A DNA stretch of 62,262 nt, the filler included, from Sphacelaria rigidula (Eukaryota): assembly GCA_964200075.2 (NCBI GenBank). It is 4 parts of 4 records of this genome, joined end to end, with 100 filler letters (N's around TTAATTAATTAA, not from the genome) between each part and the next. Parts side by side here need not be neighbours in the genome. Positions count along the whole stretch, not along the records: positions 15,596 to 31,089 come from CAXNAA020001725.1; positions 31,190 to 46,681 come from CAXNAA020001726.1; 2 more parts are not named here. The stretch is one strand, 5' to 3'. This document shows, in pieces, positions 24,201 through 36,323 of this stretch; position 1 is the stretch's first letter; the number at the start of each line of letters is the position of its first letter. The position numbers and the translations under genes are program-made. A model generated the notes under the pieces. The model made no database searches and was not told the DNA's origin. It was given only the letters and a program-made list of their open reading frames with translations.

Positions 24201-27200
24201 CCAAGGGGCTGTACACAGTAGGCGTCGTAGCGCGCGAAACGAAGGGGATTTCTTCAGCGGGATTCACCTGCTTGCCGGGTCCACTGCTTCCCAGGTTCTT
24301 TTTGTGTGCTTCTGAGCCCCCGTACTGCCAGGCGATGCTATCTCCGAGCTCAGTGTAAAGCTCCATGAGAACTTGTACAACCTACAATGGATTCGAAGCG
24401 CCGATTGCATTTTGGTATCTCGAGCTTGGCGAAGAATCATCCCGGGTGTTTCGCAAGCAACAAGACATAGACGATCAATCGATTTTTACTTCCCGTCAAG
24501 TTGCGAGCCCTCAGTTCCTAGCTGCGATAACTTCACGTACCTGGGATCCCGAATCTAATGACTCCTGGCTGCTGACTCCCATGACGTAAAGTTGCTTGGC
24601 GAGAGCGTGTACCCCAACGCTAAACTGCCCAACGTTGGTTCGATCTAGACAATCGATACAGTTTGTGCGAAGAACCCCCTGTTGCTCCATCGGCATAACA
24701 GCGAATCCCTGTCCCCATGGTGGTGGCAACAGCGTGGAGACATCGCCAGCGGATAGCCTTGGCGTAGTGTTGTCCATGACTTTATTAGATCCGCTGGGGT
24801 CATCTTCTCGAACATTCTCGACCGGAATATGACCGCCGGGTACGCTCGAGAATGGTTCCGATTCTTCTTGGCTTTTACCAGTACTACGCTGAGTCTGGCT
24901 CCGCGGACGCTTGAGTGAACGCACCTCGCCTGCTCCGGTGATACCGTGTTCGAACGGCAGTTGCTTCAACGTACGACGCGGAGCGCTACGAACCAACAAA
25001 GGGCATGAAGGATAGGATTGGACGGGACGGGACAGGATAGGATAGGGGGAAATGACACCAACACTATGACGTTTGATATTTCGCTGGATATTATGGTATT
25101 AATACATTACGCGAAGAAGGAAACGGATTAAGCTGCGAAACCCAAGACGCACCCACGGTGCGCACGAGTACCAGCCCTGTTTCATTGGTACATCGTACGG
25201 TTCAAGTATGCTCCCTCCCATCGGTGAGATTCGTAAATCTATTCGCAGCCAGGCAGCTATCTTCTTTCCAAGACATTAAGGAAAAAATGATACGCGGGAA
25301 AATTGCCGGCGACGAAGATGAAGTACTACGGGGAAAAGGATACCTTCGTCGATTCCAAATGACGAGGGAGCGAAAGTGACACATCCACCACGTAACTACG
25401 CAAAGGTTGCCAGCCCGTAGAGCGCGGCTTCTCCAGAATCGTGAGGATCATCAGTTGCGGGAGAAAGAAGTGACACAAAATACTGTCATGGGCACTCTCA
25501 CGACACAACTTCAGTGCGGTTTCAGCCAGGGGTGCTTTCTGGAACACAAAGCCTTGAGTTTGGTGCGTCTCACCTGCAGAAAAATCCAACTTGACCGACG
25601 GTCCACGCGGCCACCTCCTCCAGCTCCTTCAGCACATTCATGTGCCGATGCTTACTGAGAACCGAAAAGTCCAAGGCACAGTATCTGATGCTGTGGTCCT
25701 GGCTCGAAGAAAAGGGGTATCGACAATTAGAACTGGGACACATGATGAGACAACACAAGACAACACAAGCCTCCTTCGCCATACCAACAAGATGGCCATA
25801 TAGGCTTTTGTGCTGTGGATCCATAGGAAAACGGAAGAGGAAATAAGGACGGAAATCCGACGAATCCGATAATACGAGGGCGGGTGTTCTCACCCACATC
25901 ATGATGATGCACTCGTTTTGCAAATGTTCAACCACATACGAACACAGGCGCCGTATACACGCGGAAAACAGTGAGCCTTCACAGCTTCTACAAAATCACC
26001 AGGTTTCCGTCATGTCCAATACATTTTAGTATCGTATCTTCAATTAATTGCGCTGCGATGGAATGGTGCACATCAAGCGGCAGTAAAACACCCGCCTCAC
26101 CTGTGGCATGGTGGAATTGACGTGCTCAATCGCCGACCGGTAATCCTGCCCCACTATGCTTTCGCGTTCCCTTTTTTCAGTGTGTTTAACCAGATCAAGT
26201 ACCAGCAATGGGGACCCATAGCGCTCCAGGAGGTCAGCAAAATGTGCCTGTGGATAACAATGGAGAGCGCATGCAAGCACGTGAGAATACTGTCGGGGAA
26301 ACGAACTGAAGAATGCAACCGCGGAAATTGATGAGGAGATATCCTCCATGCTCTGTACGAATAGGACCAACACGCGACGACATCGGACACTTGCGTGCTG
26401 CCGCTTCAAACAGATTGTCTCATGCATCCACCCTCAAATTCTGCAACACTGAGTTCTCGACACTATAGGCGGTTTACACAGAACCAGTAAATTTCACCCT
26501 GTAGAATCCCATGCAGAACACGTATAGTGCAGTGTTCCCGGCAAACCAAATAAACTTGCCAGATAGCTCCCACATACCCGGTGAATGGACACAGTAGCAC
26601 GGGCTGTTCCATGAGGTGTTCCGCAACGACACGCTGACACCAGAATATCAATTGCTTGGCGATCTTCTGCCATACTTGTGGATAACTCAAGCAGTGCATG
26701 ACACGACAGTGGACCAGTCGGCTGAGAAATTCCATCGCCACCAATTGTCGGGCTGGACATGGGCACTCACCTGCGTGGCGCTGTACATGGGATCCACACG
26801 GCTGATGACGATGTCCGGCTTCGGAGTATATTTGCTCGTGTCCTGAGTCCAAAACGTGGGGATAGACCCTCTCATCTGCACAAATGATGAGAACAAACCC
26901 TCCTTGATTTCCTCCGCATGAGCTATCTGTACAACCGCATACAACAAGCAAATAAATGTCAAACCCGATTCTTGAGCTGACGAGGGGTAGCACGCGTTGC
27001 TAGAATAAACATTGCAGGTGTTGATGAAACGGAGAACGGAGAAAGGCGACGCGGTTTTCGGTACCCCACACAATGGCCATACCCACGTACGTTGTACTGT
27101 CGATGGCTATACGTTTGAGTATGGAGTGTGTGAAGAGTTTGGTTCAAGTGGGTGTTCAAGTAGGCGTCCATCCTCGCCGCTCACGAAATACAACCTCTTA

Positions 27201-29870
27201 GGCGCCATACGTCACGAATTACCCTCATGTCGACCACTGTACACAGGACTCACCACAATTCTCATCACAACGCCGCTTACATCATGTCCGGGGAGGCGCG
27301 GGTTTGTATGGAAGGTGGACCTTAGTCACCCCCGTTATTTCATGCTGTAGTTTTTCTCAGGTGTGTCGGGCTTGTGTTGACCGTTTTTGTCGTGGCAGGA
27401 AAAGTGGGGCGCGGTGTGCATACACCTATGGCCGCTGCTACAGAAGCGTTGTACGCGAAAGCTGTGTCCCTCGAGTGTGGTGTCACCACACCTTGCTGGG
27501 CAGTTGGGTTGCGTTTGTGGGTTTTAGCAAGGTCTTTGATGCAGCATTTGGTAATCAGAAAAAAATCAACGAAAAGTCAGACGGTCCCATAACGCCATCG
27601 GCCACAAGCATCATCGTACTGTAAAATCCTTACTACACCACAAACTGTACATATATGTCTTGGCAGCGCTGTCCTATGAGCTTCCCATGAAGCTAAGCCA
27701 TTGTCTCACAATCACGAAATCGTGGTTGCACTAGAATCCAGCACCAAGGTCAGCAATGTACAAAGTAGAACGTATATTCAAATCCTCCAGGTCTGTGTTA
27801 CACTCGATTACCAAGTAAATGGTCGAGTATAGGATTGTCTTGGATCTAGTATGGCTTGCATAGCCCCTAAAAAATCCCAACGACACCCCTTTCAAGCACT
27901 TCAACAGGACTGTCAGAGGAAAAAAACAAAAGAGGCTAGGCGCCGATGGGATTGGACGTTCCGAACCAAGTTCAGCAACAAAAGTGCTAGTCGTGAAATA
28001 CCAGGTAAATCACATTCCCATGGGCGTGTCAGGGTAGCGGGGCATGTTTCAATCCAAGCTCCAAACAAGGTGTCGACAGCAACTTTTGCTCGCGACTGAA
28101 CCACGTGCTCCATTCGATGGATGATCGCACATCCACCGCTGCGCCAGACGCGGATCAGTCAGCGCTTGTATTAGGTCGCGTCGACAACCTTCTCTACTGA
28201 TTGTTTGTGAACTATGTTCGTGAACTCGGTCGGGGGATCTGCAACGCAACAACCACAGCGTAACAAACGCCGGGCAAGCACCCACTTTCAACTTGGTCAC
28301 ACAAATAACAACATGACAACATATCGCAATGCTTTATTTGCGAAATACCCCTGTCCTAATACTTCCCCCCGTGGGAGATAGGGTGGATCTTCGGGGTATT
28401 GCATTCATTTTTCAAGTGAAAATTGTGCCGATTGCACTCATGACCGACCATGGCCGCGCACAGGTTGAAGTAGTGGGCTCTCACCTGCTCAACCTCGACA
28501 TCATTCGCAACAATACCACCGTCGCTGACCCCACGCTTCAGGTACCTGCGTGCAGCAAAATACGCAAAAATAAGACAACAAGTGACCATGTTGCCCATTT
28601 CCTGCGCTCAGTCGTTACCTTGGGTCATGGGGTACTTCGAAGCGACGTGCTCGGGAACGACTTGTTTCAGAAAAGCTTGGTTGAGCTTCCATGTTACCCT
28701 AGTGCACCGACACGACTGAACGTGCGAGATTTTCGCACTACTGTAGAACTCCTCGTCGAAATAAACTGTGCAAATGTTCGCTGTGTAGTATTGCTTCACC
28801 ACAGAACCTGAGCAGCTTTTGAGAAAACGTGTTTGTTTTACATCCCTCTCGCCTGCTGCGACTCACCGCGCCATAGCAACTAATGACGGGGGCAACTTGT
28901 GGTGATCAAGTAAGCTCGTCGAGAGGGCGGGCCTACACAACTACTGTGTTCCGTGCTTCCGAAATCAACATGTTTAATTTAGCCTTCATGGTGTCACACT
29001 TACCGAGTGCCCGCGAAGTGCCTAGAACGGCGGGCGATGAGCGTCACATTTAGCACTCGCCCCAGCAAGTTGCACTTGCGCTGCAGGAAGGCCCCGTGAA
29101 CGATGGGCATGACCCAGAAGGAAGAGTTCAAATGTCCCACCTGGGCTTCGAGCTCGCGTGTCTGATGGAAATTCCACGCGTACATGTCCTGCGGGAACCA
29201 AGAGGTGCACGAGTTGAAGGTGGACACGATAGGAATACAGCTAACATAAAACATTTCAATCTGGTTTACAACTATTAATCGACAGTTCAACTGTTCATTT
29301 AATCGCGCAACGTTCCCGCTATGCACGACGGTGAAAATAGAAGTGAGATAGATCACATGGTATCCGCACCTTGAATGGTGGAGGGGGAAAGGTCTTGCTC
29401 GTCGCGGCCGTCATGTTGTGCTGCAAGGAGTTGGTGAGGTCGTATGTATATGAGTAGAAGAAGTCCTTCGAGAGGTCTATCAGCTGGAAGAGCCCAAGAT
29501 ATCGCGCCTCAGTGATCTCCCTGTTGACAAGGCGAGGTGGGCATTCTTAGCGCCAGCGAGGAAAGACATGCATGGCGATGGGTCACAAGCGTGTAACACT
29601 TATCGGCGGGAGTAATTAGACCTAGGCCAGCGGAGATGGAAACACTTGGCATCACATTAGGTAGCTAAGGTAGAAAAATATAGTCAAGACATACCTTGGC
29701 GTCGGGTTGAGACGACGGTTGACCTTAGCCAAAGTGTTCACGAACGCGTTCGAGTCGTTGCCATGCCCGGCTGCCGAGCTTAGTGCCGCCGACGCCGCGT
29801 CCGCGGGTTTAATGGGGAACATCTGAGTGGAACCGATAGCGTAGATGAGGTTGCCTCCGATCGCACCGAC
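18244..29870 (-). CDS. FIG4: FIG4/SAC3-type polyphosphoinositide phosphatase (SAC domain), 5'-partial, 20 exons, about 1105 aa visible
   Basis: In-phase exons: 29695-29870, 29370-29520, 29004-29188, 28485-28545, 26771-26926, 26101-26247, 25574-25698, 24541-24985, 24268-24381, 23660-23908, 23039-23296, 22766-22871, 22307-22362, 21780-21971, 21417-21521, 20895-21041, 20215-20391, 19397-19513, 18979-19155, 18244-18417 (stop). Motifs: [57 protein letters not shown], catalytic [12 protein letters not shown] (CX5RT at 24637-24660), [49 protein letters not shown]. Exons below 22400 rest on splice signals and phase only. Confidence 0.95.
22472..22731 (+). mobile_element. tRNA-derived SINE (family 1) in a FIG4 intron
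   Basis: A-box-like TGGTCTAATGG, B-box GGTTCGATTCC (22542-22552), body matching the reverse complements of 57630-57700 and 60065-60140, A-rich end. Confidence 0.7.
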
Positions 29871-31089
29871 CTGAAGTGCAACAGGTAAGATACGTTTCAC
29901 GTGATCATAGGAGAGCCATACGGATCGGAAGTTGCAGCAAAAATGTACAGCAAGTCAAGGGCCTGCTTCATCGGGAAAATACACACTTTTTTTCAAAAAC
30001 AATCAACAGCGTTACTTATTCTCAACAACCATGAACATACTTGAGTCTTTTCAAGAGAGCATTTTTTGCGCGGAGATGCACGAAGCTTCCGACTGTCGGT
30101 TCGGTTGTGCAGTGCGATGGCCGTTGGTCCAACCACGCGACAGAAACAAACATGGCACCCATAATTACACAAACCCCTTTACCACACACATAGACACCGG
30201 CGCTTGCCCTTGTTCGTGAACACACATCAGTCTTTGCTTGGAAAAAATCTGCAAGGTTGTGTTCTGCAGGGCATACCTGCTGAAATTCGACTATCTACAG
30301 AAGTATAATAGAGGCACTTGATCGGTAAATGCCCTTCGGAACAGTATCTGAGTGTTTGGGACAGGGATACCGTGTCGAACTATACTGAAGTGTTCGATAC
30401 GCGTTTCGGCATGATTTAGTAGACCTAAAATCCCCCACTTCCGGGTATACCCTGCAGAAGACAACCTTGAAAATCTGTGCAGTAGTGAACCACGGGCGGT
30501 CGAATGTGGACAAGAGCAGTTGTGAGGAGTCCAGTCCTGGACCGTTTCTGTGCATTCGTCTTGCCATGTCTTACAAAATGGTCATCTTCACCCGATACAT
30601 GGAGCTCTCACCACCCAGACGCCCGAACTACTGAAAGTGCTGAGCAACTCGTTCATACACTCACATGAGCTCCACGTACCAGGAGAAACAACTGAGCAAT
30701 GGAAAAACAATGGACATTAACCCCAAATCAATATTTTGGCCTCCATCACCATAGGAAGGTCATGCTCTGCACTTTCCACGAGATGAGATGCGAGGTTGGG
30801 GATTACTGCAATTACTGCACAGGAGGGTTGTACATAGGTGCGGCGTCTCGGCGGCGCGCCGGGCTCGTCTAGAATGCGGTGCGCAGGGCCTAAAAATATT
30901 TCGGCTATCGGCGGCTTGCCACCGAACTCAGTTTCAGGGGCCCCCGAATGTTGGAGGCTCGAGAGCGTTGATTCTGCGCGGTTGCTGGGCGGCTGCTGAC
31001 TGCTGCTGTAGAGGTTGTGACGCTAGCCAGCGCTAGAATGACAGCGTCAATATGCTTGTTCGAGGGACTCCCCAGCTCTCGCTGGCCTC

Positions 31090-31189
31090 NNNNNNNNNNN
31101 NNNNNNNNNNNNNNNNNNNNNNNNNNNNNNNNNTTAATTAATTAANNNNNNNNNNNNNNNNNNNNNNNNNNNNNNNNNNNNNNNNNNNN
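31090..31189. other. Artificial assembly spacer (N44-TTAATTAATTAA-N44)
   Basis: Same 100-bp linker. Confidence 0.97.
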
Positions 31190-31306
31190 CGCGCGTGGTG
31201 GTTGAGTCCGAGCCTGGTCCGGTGAAAACCCGGCGTGCTCCGTCCCGGCTGTGTAGGGATGCGAGGTCAATGGTCTCATGACTATGACATGCATGATGAT
31301 GAGTAC
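31190..31306 (+). mobile_element. Structured interspersed element (subfamily B), cut by scaffold start
   Basis: GAGCCTGGTCCGGTGAAAACCCGGCGTGCTCCGTCCCGGCTGTGTAGGGATGCGAGGTCAATGGTCTCATGACTA...GAGTAC matches 62041-62137. Confidence 0.8.
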
Positions 31307-31429
31307 AGCAACTGCAAACACACCAAATTCGGGCTCATAACGCTTTTTGTGCGTGGTACTGGGGCTGAGAGATACGCCATCCTTTTTAACCGGAGTTTCC
31401 TCTAGGTGTATGCAAGCCGGAGCTTGGTA

Positions 31430-31718
31430 CCTAGTTTCCATAGGGTTCACGGCTGAGAGCTCACACCCAATATAGTGCGGGCATTTTCTAGTTTCTACGA
31501 AAATATTTCTTGTCCTGTTTTTGATCGTTTGTTTGCTCCTATTTTCAGTCTTTACTTCATGTCCGTTCCACCTTTCGGTTATCTTCACTTCTCTTCAGCG
31601 AGAGTGTCCGTTTCGTCTCTTGGTTTTACCTCGGATACATCAATAATGTGACTACGGTAGGGCTGGATCCCCGGGGGGTCAGTTAATATGCGACAATCGA
31701 TCAACCATCAATCAATCA
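31430..31718 (+). mobile_element. 3' end of (AATC)n-tailed non-LTR element
   Basis: T-rich body ending GGGTCAGTTAATATGCGACAATCGATCAACCATCAATCAATC. Confidence 0.6.
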
Positions 31719-32808
31719 AAGTAAGCGGTCGGTGGACACAGGTGTTGAAAGACAGTTTTCGCCGCACCTGAGCAGTTTGCCCTCCAACATATCCGATGCG
31801 ATTCCCAGAGGATTGATTGATCGATCGATCGATTGATCTATTGATTGATTGATCCGTTGATGGATTGATTTGGCTGATTGATCTTCACATGAACTGATCA
31901 CCGAGGGATCCGGTCGTGGTGACAATCTAGATCACAATCTAGATCACAATCTAGACATGCCTCACGTAGACACAACATAAATACTCTAGCTGCAGGCTAC
32001 TACAGAAAGGGAAAATATATCCACACAAGGATGGAAGAAATGAGGTCAGCTGAATCGAAACGAGAGAAGAAGCAATAAGGAAAACAAACCGGCATACACA
32101 AACGGACGGAAAGTTTAAGCATAGCTATGATGTTAATCCAGACTCCACGAAAGCTTGATTTTCGGGCGAGTACCGGTAGATATATCAATGATCAGTGCCC
32201 GGTCAGCGCTGAGACTGGGAAACAAGCTAGGGCTGGAATTACCTGAAGAATGTAACGTCCAAAGATCCCTGAAGGAAGTGCTCGCTCCACTCCCCGTTCC
32301 ACCCAGAGAACGTTCCCAGCGCCGATTCCGGTCCTCCGCTGTTGTACAGGGTCCACTGTCTCAGGATAACCACAAGTGGGAGACAAGTCGAGCACGTCCG
32401 AACGATGGAGCACCCGCGCACGGGAGGGTGCGTCATTACTATCCCCGCTCAAAGATTCCGCTGTTGACTGCTAAACGTAAGCTCTCACATGTGAAGAGAT
32501 CTGATGTTAGACCAGGAGGAGTACCCATATTTTTCAACTGTCAAGACAACAGCCCGGACCTCCAAGTTGAAGTACAGTAGTTTTTCAAGCAGAGGCCAGG
32601 GAGGACGGAGGACGTGAGAGGAGAGAGACGGAGGGGGTCATATTTGCGGTATATGGTGTTATATGGTGTGCTACCACAAATAGGCGCTCCAAGATGCCAT
32701 CCACCACACTGAGAAAACCGTTCGGAAGTCCTGTTGATGGCCTAGGATAGACTTTCACATCATTCCCAAGTGAAGACATCATAATCAGTCTGTTCAATAG
32801 CCAGGGAC

Positions 32809-32884
32809 GGGGGGGAGCGTACTCATTTGTTGCTTGCCTTAGTCGTTTGACCATTGACAACGCATCCCTTTCGAGACGGAGCAC
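32809..32884 (-). mobile_element. C-tailed structured short element (subfamily A)
   Basis: The reverse complement is nearly identical to 6276-6351; CCCCCGTCC occurs on both sides (32891-32899 and 32805-32813). Confidence 0.85.
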
Positions 32885-34683
32885 TACGGAGGACGGGGGC
32901 CGAAAACGAGATTGCGCAAGTAGTGTTGGTTTTACGCTATTCCCCCAGTACTTTACACGTTTTGATCAACAAATAAGCACGAGCATACGGAATGCCTAGC
33001 TGCTACCGGTGTTATGGTGTACGATCCCCTCTTCGCACGTTTGTTTTACGCCGCGAGCCAAACATTTTGGGTAGCCGCTGCAACGAGCGAGTCGTATTGG
33101 ACAAACTCATAGCCAAACAGTAGGATAATCATAGGTGGTCGAGCGAGACGTTCGCATACACGCTGCAAGGACTACGACCAAGTATTCCTGTCGCTTCGCT
33201 AGAATGGCACACCCAGCTGCCTGAACATCAACGTTTACCGCAAGGTTGTTGTCAACCTCCCCTGATTTTACCTTCCACCACTGGAGCGTTAAACATGCGG
33301 TACCATACATTGCACAGCACTTTCCCTCCCGGCGACTGATGGACTTCACTGATTGCTTTATTTCTTCATTGTGGCACACTAACTGATCCTCGAGCGATTT
33401 GGTCTTGGTCATCATGCACAAGATCGACGCACCCCACGTAAAAACAGAAACGGAAACATTCGTCAGAGAAAACTCGAGAAAGGGAGGAGAAAAACAAAGA
33501 AAGCAAGGCGGAATAAAAACGGAACAAAAGTGGACAAAAACGAGAGACAAGCAGCTCATGACTTTGCCGCCCTCGACGGTGGTGCAGATTTCGGACTTTC
33601 GGCAGTGACGTGGACGTTGGCCTCAAAACTCTCCTCGAAATAGATGTCCATTCGACATGGGCTCTTTCGGCGGGACAGCGTTTTTTTACAGGCAATCAAA
33701 AAGTTAGCGACGTCTTGATGCAGTACCTACAATTTACTCCAAATATCCTGTCCATATGAGTGCCCGTCGTAGGTAATGTTGTGGGGCAGTCAGCGATTCT
33801 TGTATCTGCGATGGGTGCCGACCAAAGCTAGTAAACCAACCACCGTGGGGCTGAGTCCAATATGGACGTCCGCTTCCGAAATATATATCAGCACTCGAAA
33901 TCGGTGCCTATACCTCCCACTCCGCCTTATCCCAGTAGTACGCGTCCCTCGCGGCCCGGAATCTCCTCGCTGGTTTTCTGCCGTACAAGTGGCCTCTGAA
34001 TATTCTGGTGGCCAACCGACTGAGGTTCCTCTCGTCTCTTGCACGTTTGGCGTCGCTGAGGGACTCGAGAAACATTCGCCTGCGATCGCAAGAGAGACCG
34101 TGCGGTTTGGTACACGCATGAGCAGCTACACGGTACGTCCCGAGACGCAGGGTCACACGAGAGGGATATTGCTGTGGAGATTTGAATGGCAGAAAGAAGA
34201 TTGAAGTGTTACCTGTAGTAGGGGAGTGGGTTAAGGGGAAACGGTGTACTGTAAATCGAGGCTTGTTGCCGTTACTACTGCTACACTACTCTCGAAATGG
34301 TGCTTTTCTCGGGACAGAAAACAGCTCAAACCACTATACAGACAGCACACACCGGGAAAGGATTGTAGTATTTCAGTCGGGTTTATGGGTGTAACGGCGA
34401 GTGCCACCCACACGGCGATAAAGTTCATGTGCGTATCGTTTTGTCTAGAAACGAAGACCCTGTACTCCACGGGTCGACACATGGAACGGTATCGTCGCTG
34501 CAAGATATTGCCCACTACTGGTTGCGACATTTGTCATCTATGAACGGAGTTCAGCGTACATCGTGACGAAAGTGTTTGGACAACCCTACGAGTGAAATCT
34601 GTACTGTCCGCACAGCACGGACGGCGGTCTCTCGTACAACCTCTACAATGTATAATGTATACAGTACACGGTTGTCCTTTCCA

Positions 34684-34873
34684 GCTTTTGTGATGTAGTG
34701 GTTACCATTCCTCATTGGGGTTGAGGAGGCCCCGGGTTGAAATCCCAGCTAAAGCCGGGGATTATTTTCTGTGACCACGGAAGGCGTCTGCATCAGATAC
34801 CCAGTACAGAGATCTACACAGATATCCGAACGATTTTTACTGTGAAGACAACAACAACAACAACAACAGCAAC
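34684..34873 (+). mobile_element. tRNA-Pro-derived SINE with (CAA)n tail (head is a tRNA pseudogene)
   Basis: Cloverleaf 34684-34756: acceptor GCTTTTG/CTAAAGC, anticodon arm CCTCA-TTGGGGT-TGAGG (GGG), T arm CCGGG-TTGAAAT-CCCAG; then about 90 nt of body and ACAACAACA repeats. Confidence 0.7.
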
Positions 34874-35824
34874 AGTGTATGTACAAGCATCATTTCACAT
34901 TTTCACCCATTGTGCGGAGGTTTCTCTGGCGGTAAGGCATTTTTTCGCCCTTTTTTTTGCAGCGCCTTACGAAGGCTCAGCGGCACATTACCGTTCAGGT
35001 TTGGGTGTCATCTGATACCTGTGGCGCGTGTTCTGGCTACCGGAAGTTGCTCAAATTGGCTCTTTTTCGCGGGGTGTCGATCCCGAACCACAAGAACCTT
35101 TTCAAGATAATGAAAAACTTAAAACAGGAACCCGAACCACAAACGCCTGTTGAAGATCAAAGATCTTGGAAAACTTCAAACAGGATCACTTTTGGCGGGG
35201 TATATTTTCCCCGTGCTTCTCTTTGTCGCGTTCTCGTTCATTTAGAAGCACAAACACACTGGTTATGCCGCCAATGTCACGAGAACATGAGAGCAAAGCA
35301 GTTGAAAGCAAGTGAACATTGCCTTGGCCTAAGTCAGTATCAAACACAAGACCGTGCAACGGGCCGTTAACGAGTTGAATAAGGCACAGAGGCACGCAGC
35401 ACAGGAATGTTTTGCCGCAAAAAACAATCACCCTGTTTTAAAAAAAGCCCCGATGATGTGGAAGCCACAGTGATGTACAAAGAACATCCCAAGAATGTTC
35501 CACGCATTCCATTTATTCGGGAAGTGTCTCCCGTTGTCATGGCTTTGTGGCACGAGAGCTACTTTGCACTCCGGTACCTCGGAAGCACCACACATGTCCT
35601 ACGCCGCCGGTTCCACCGTCGGCCCCCGTCCAAATTCCCTTATTTCCGAACGACATCCGACAACACATGCGATGTTTTGTACGGCCACGGCCACCACTGT
35701 ACATTGAGATACAACAGCCTCTCTTGAACATATATTTTCGACTTGCGTCACCTCCGGGAGGCCCGTACCTACCTACCGAAGGGAAACCTTGTACAGTATA
35801 TCGTTATGTTTTTCTATCTTTGTA

Positions 35825-36032
35825 ATGCGTGGGAAGACCGCGAGCGTTTTGGACCCCATCGGAGTGTCAACACCCCTATGGTTGGGGTTAGTGTTATGGT
35901 CAGGGTTAGGGTTAGGGGTGAGGTCAGGGGTGTGGTCCCTGCAGGGACAGGTCCAAGCGATATTGAAAAGTGTCGATCCTGGGGTGTTCAAATTGCGATA
36001 CCTTCCAAGAAACACGCGGTCCTCCCACGCAT
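35825..36032. mobile_element. MITE with about 29-bp TIRs, TA flanks and an internal telomere-like tract
   Basis: TA-ATGCGTGGGAAGACCGCG ... CGCGGTCCTCCCACGCAT-TA; degenerate (GGGTTA)n at about 35880-35930. Confidence 0.75.
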
Positions 36033-36323
36033 TAGTCTTCTCTTCACATGGTTAACCGCTGTCCTTGCTCGGAATGAGCCTCCCCAGGGAATCAACATAT
36101 CTCTTCCCTGGAACCTTCCTGAAAAAATGTCGCCGAATACAGGATAATGATCACTCGCGCTCCCACAGCCCTTCGACTCCAATCACCCCTTCATGTGCAG
36201 TCCTCATTTTCTCGAACTTCATCATGATCGCATATCTCGCGATCACAGTAGAACCCACGAAGGTCGCTCAAACTAGCCGTTGGTGTATTAGTTTGACCGC
36301 TGGAGCATGGTTTCTACTCGCAC

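Noticed and set aside
31209-31260. Group II intron domain V look-alike (GAGCC...GTGAAA...)
   Set aside because: The 3' side does not give the 34-nt D5 helix with a 2-nt bulge; there is no domain VI terminus or maturase.
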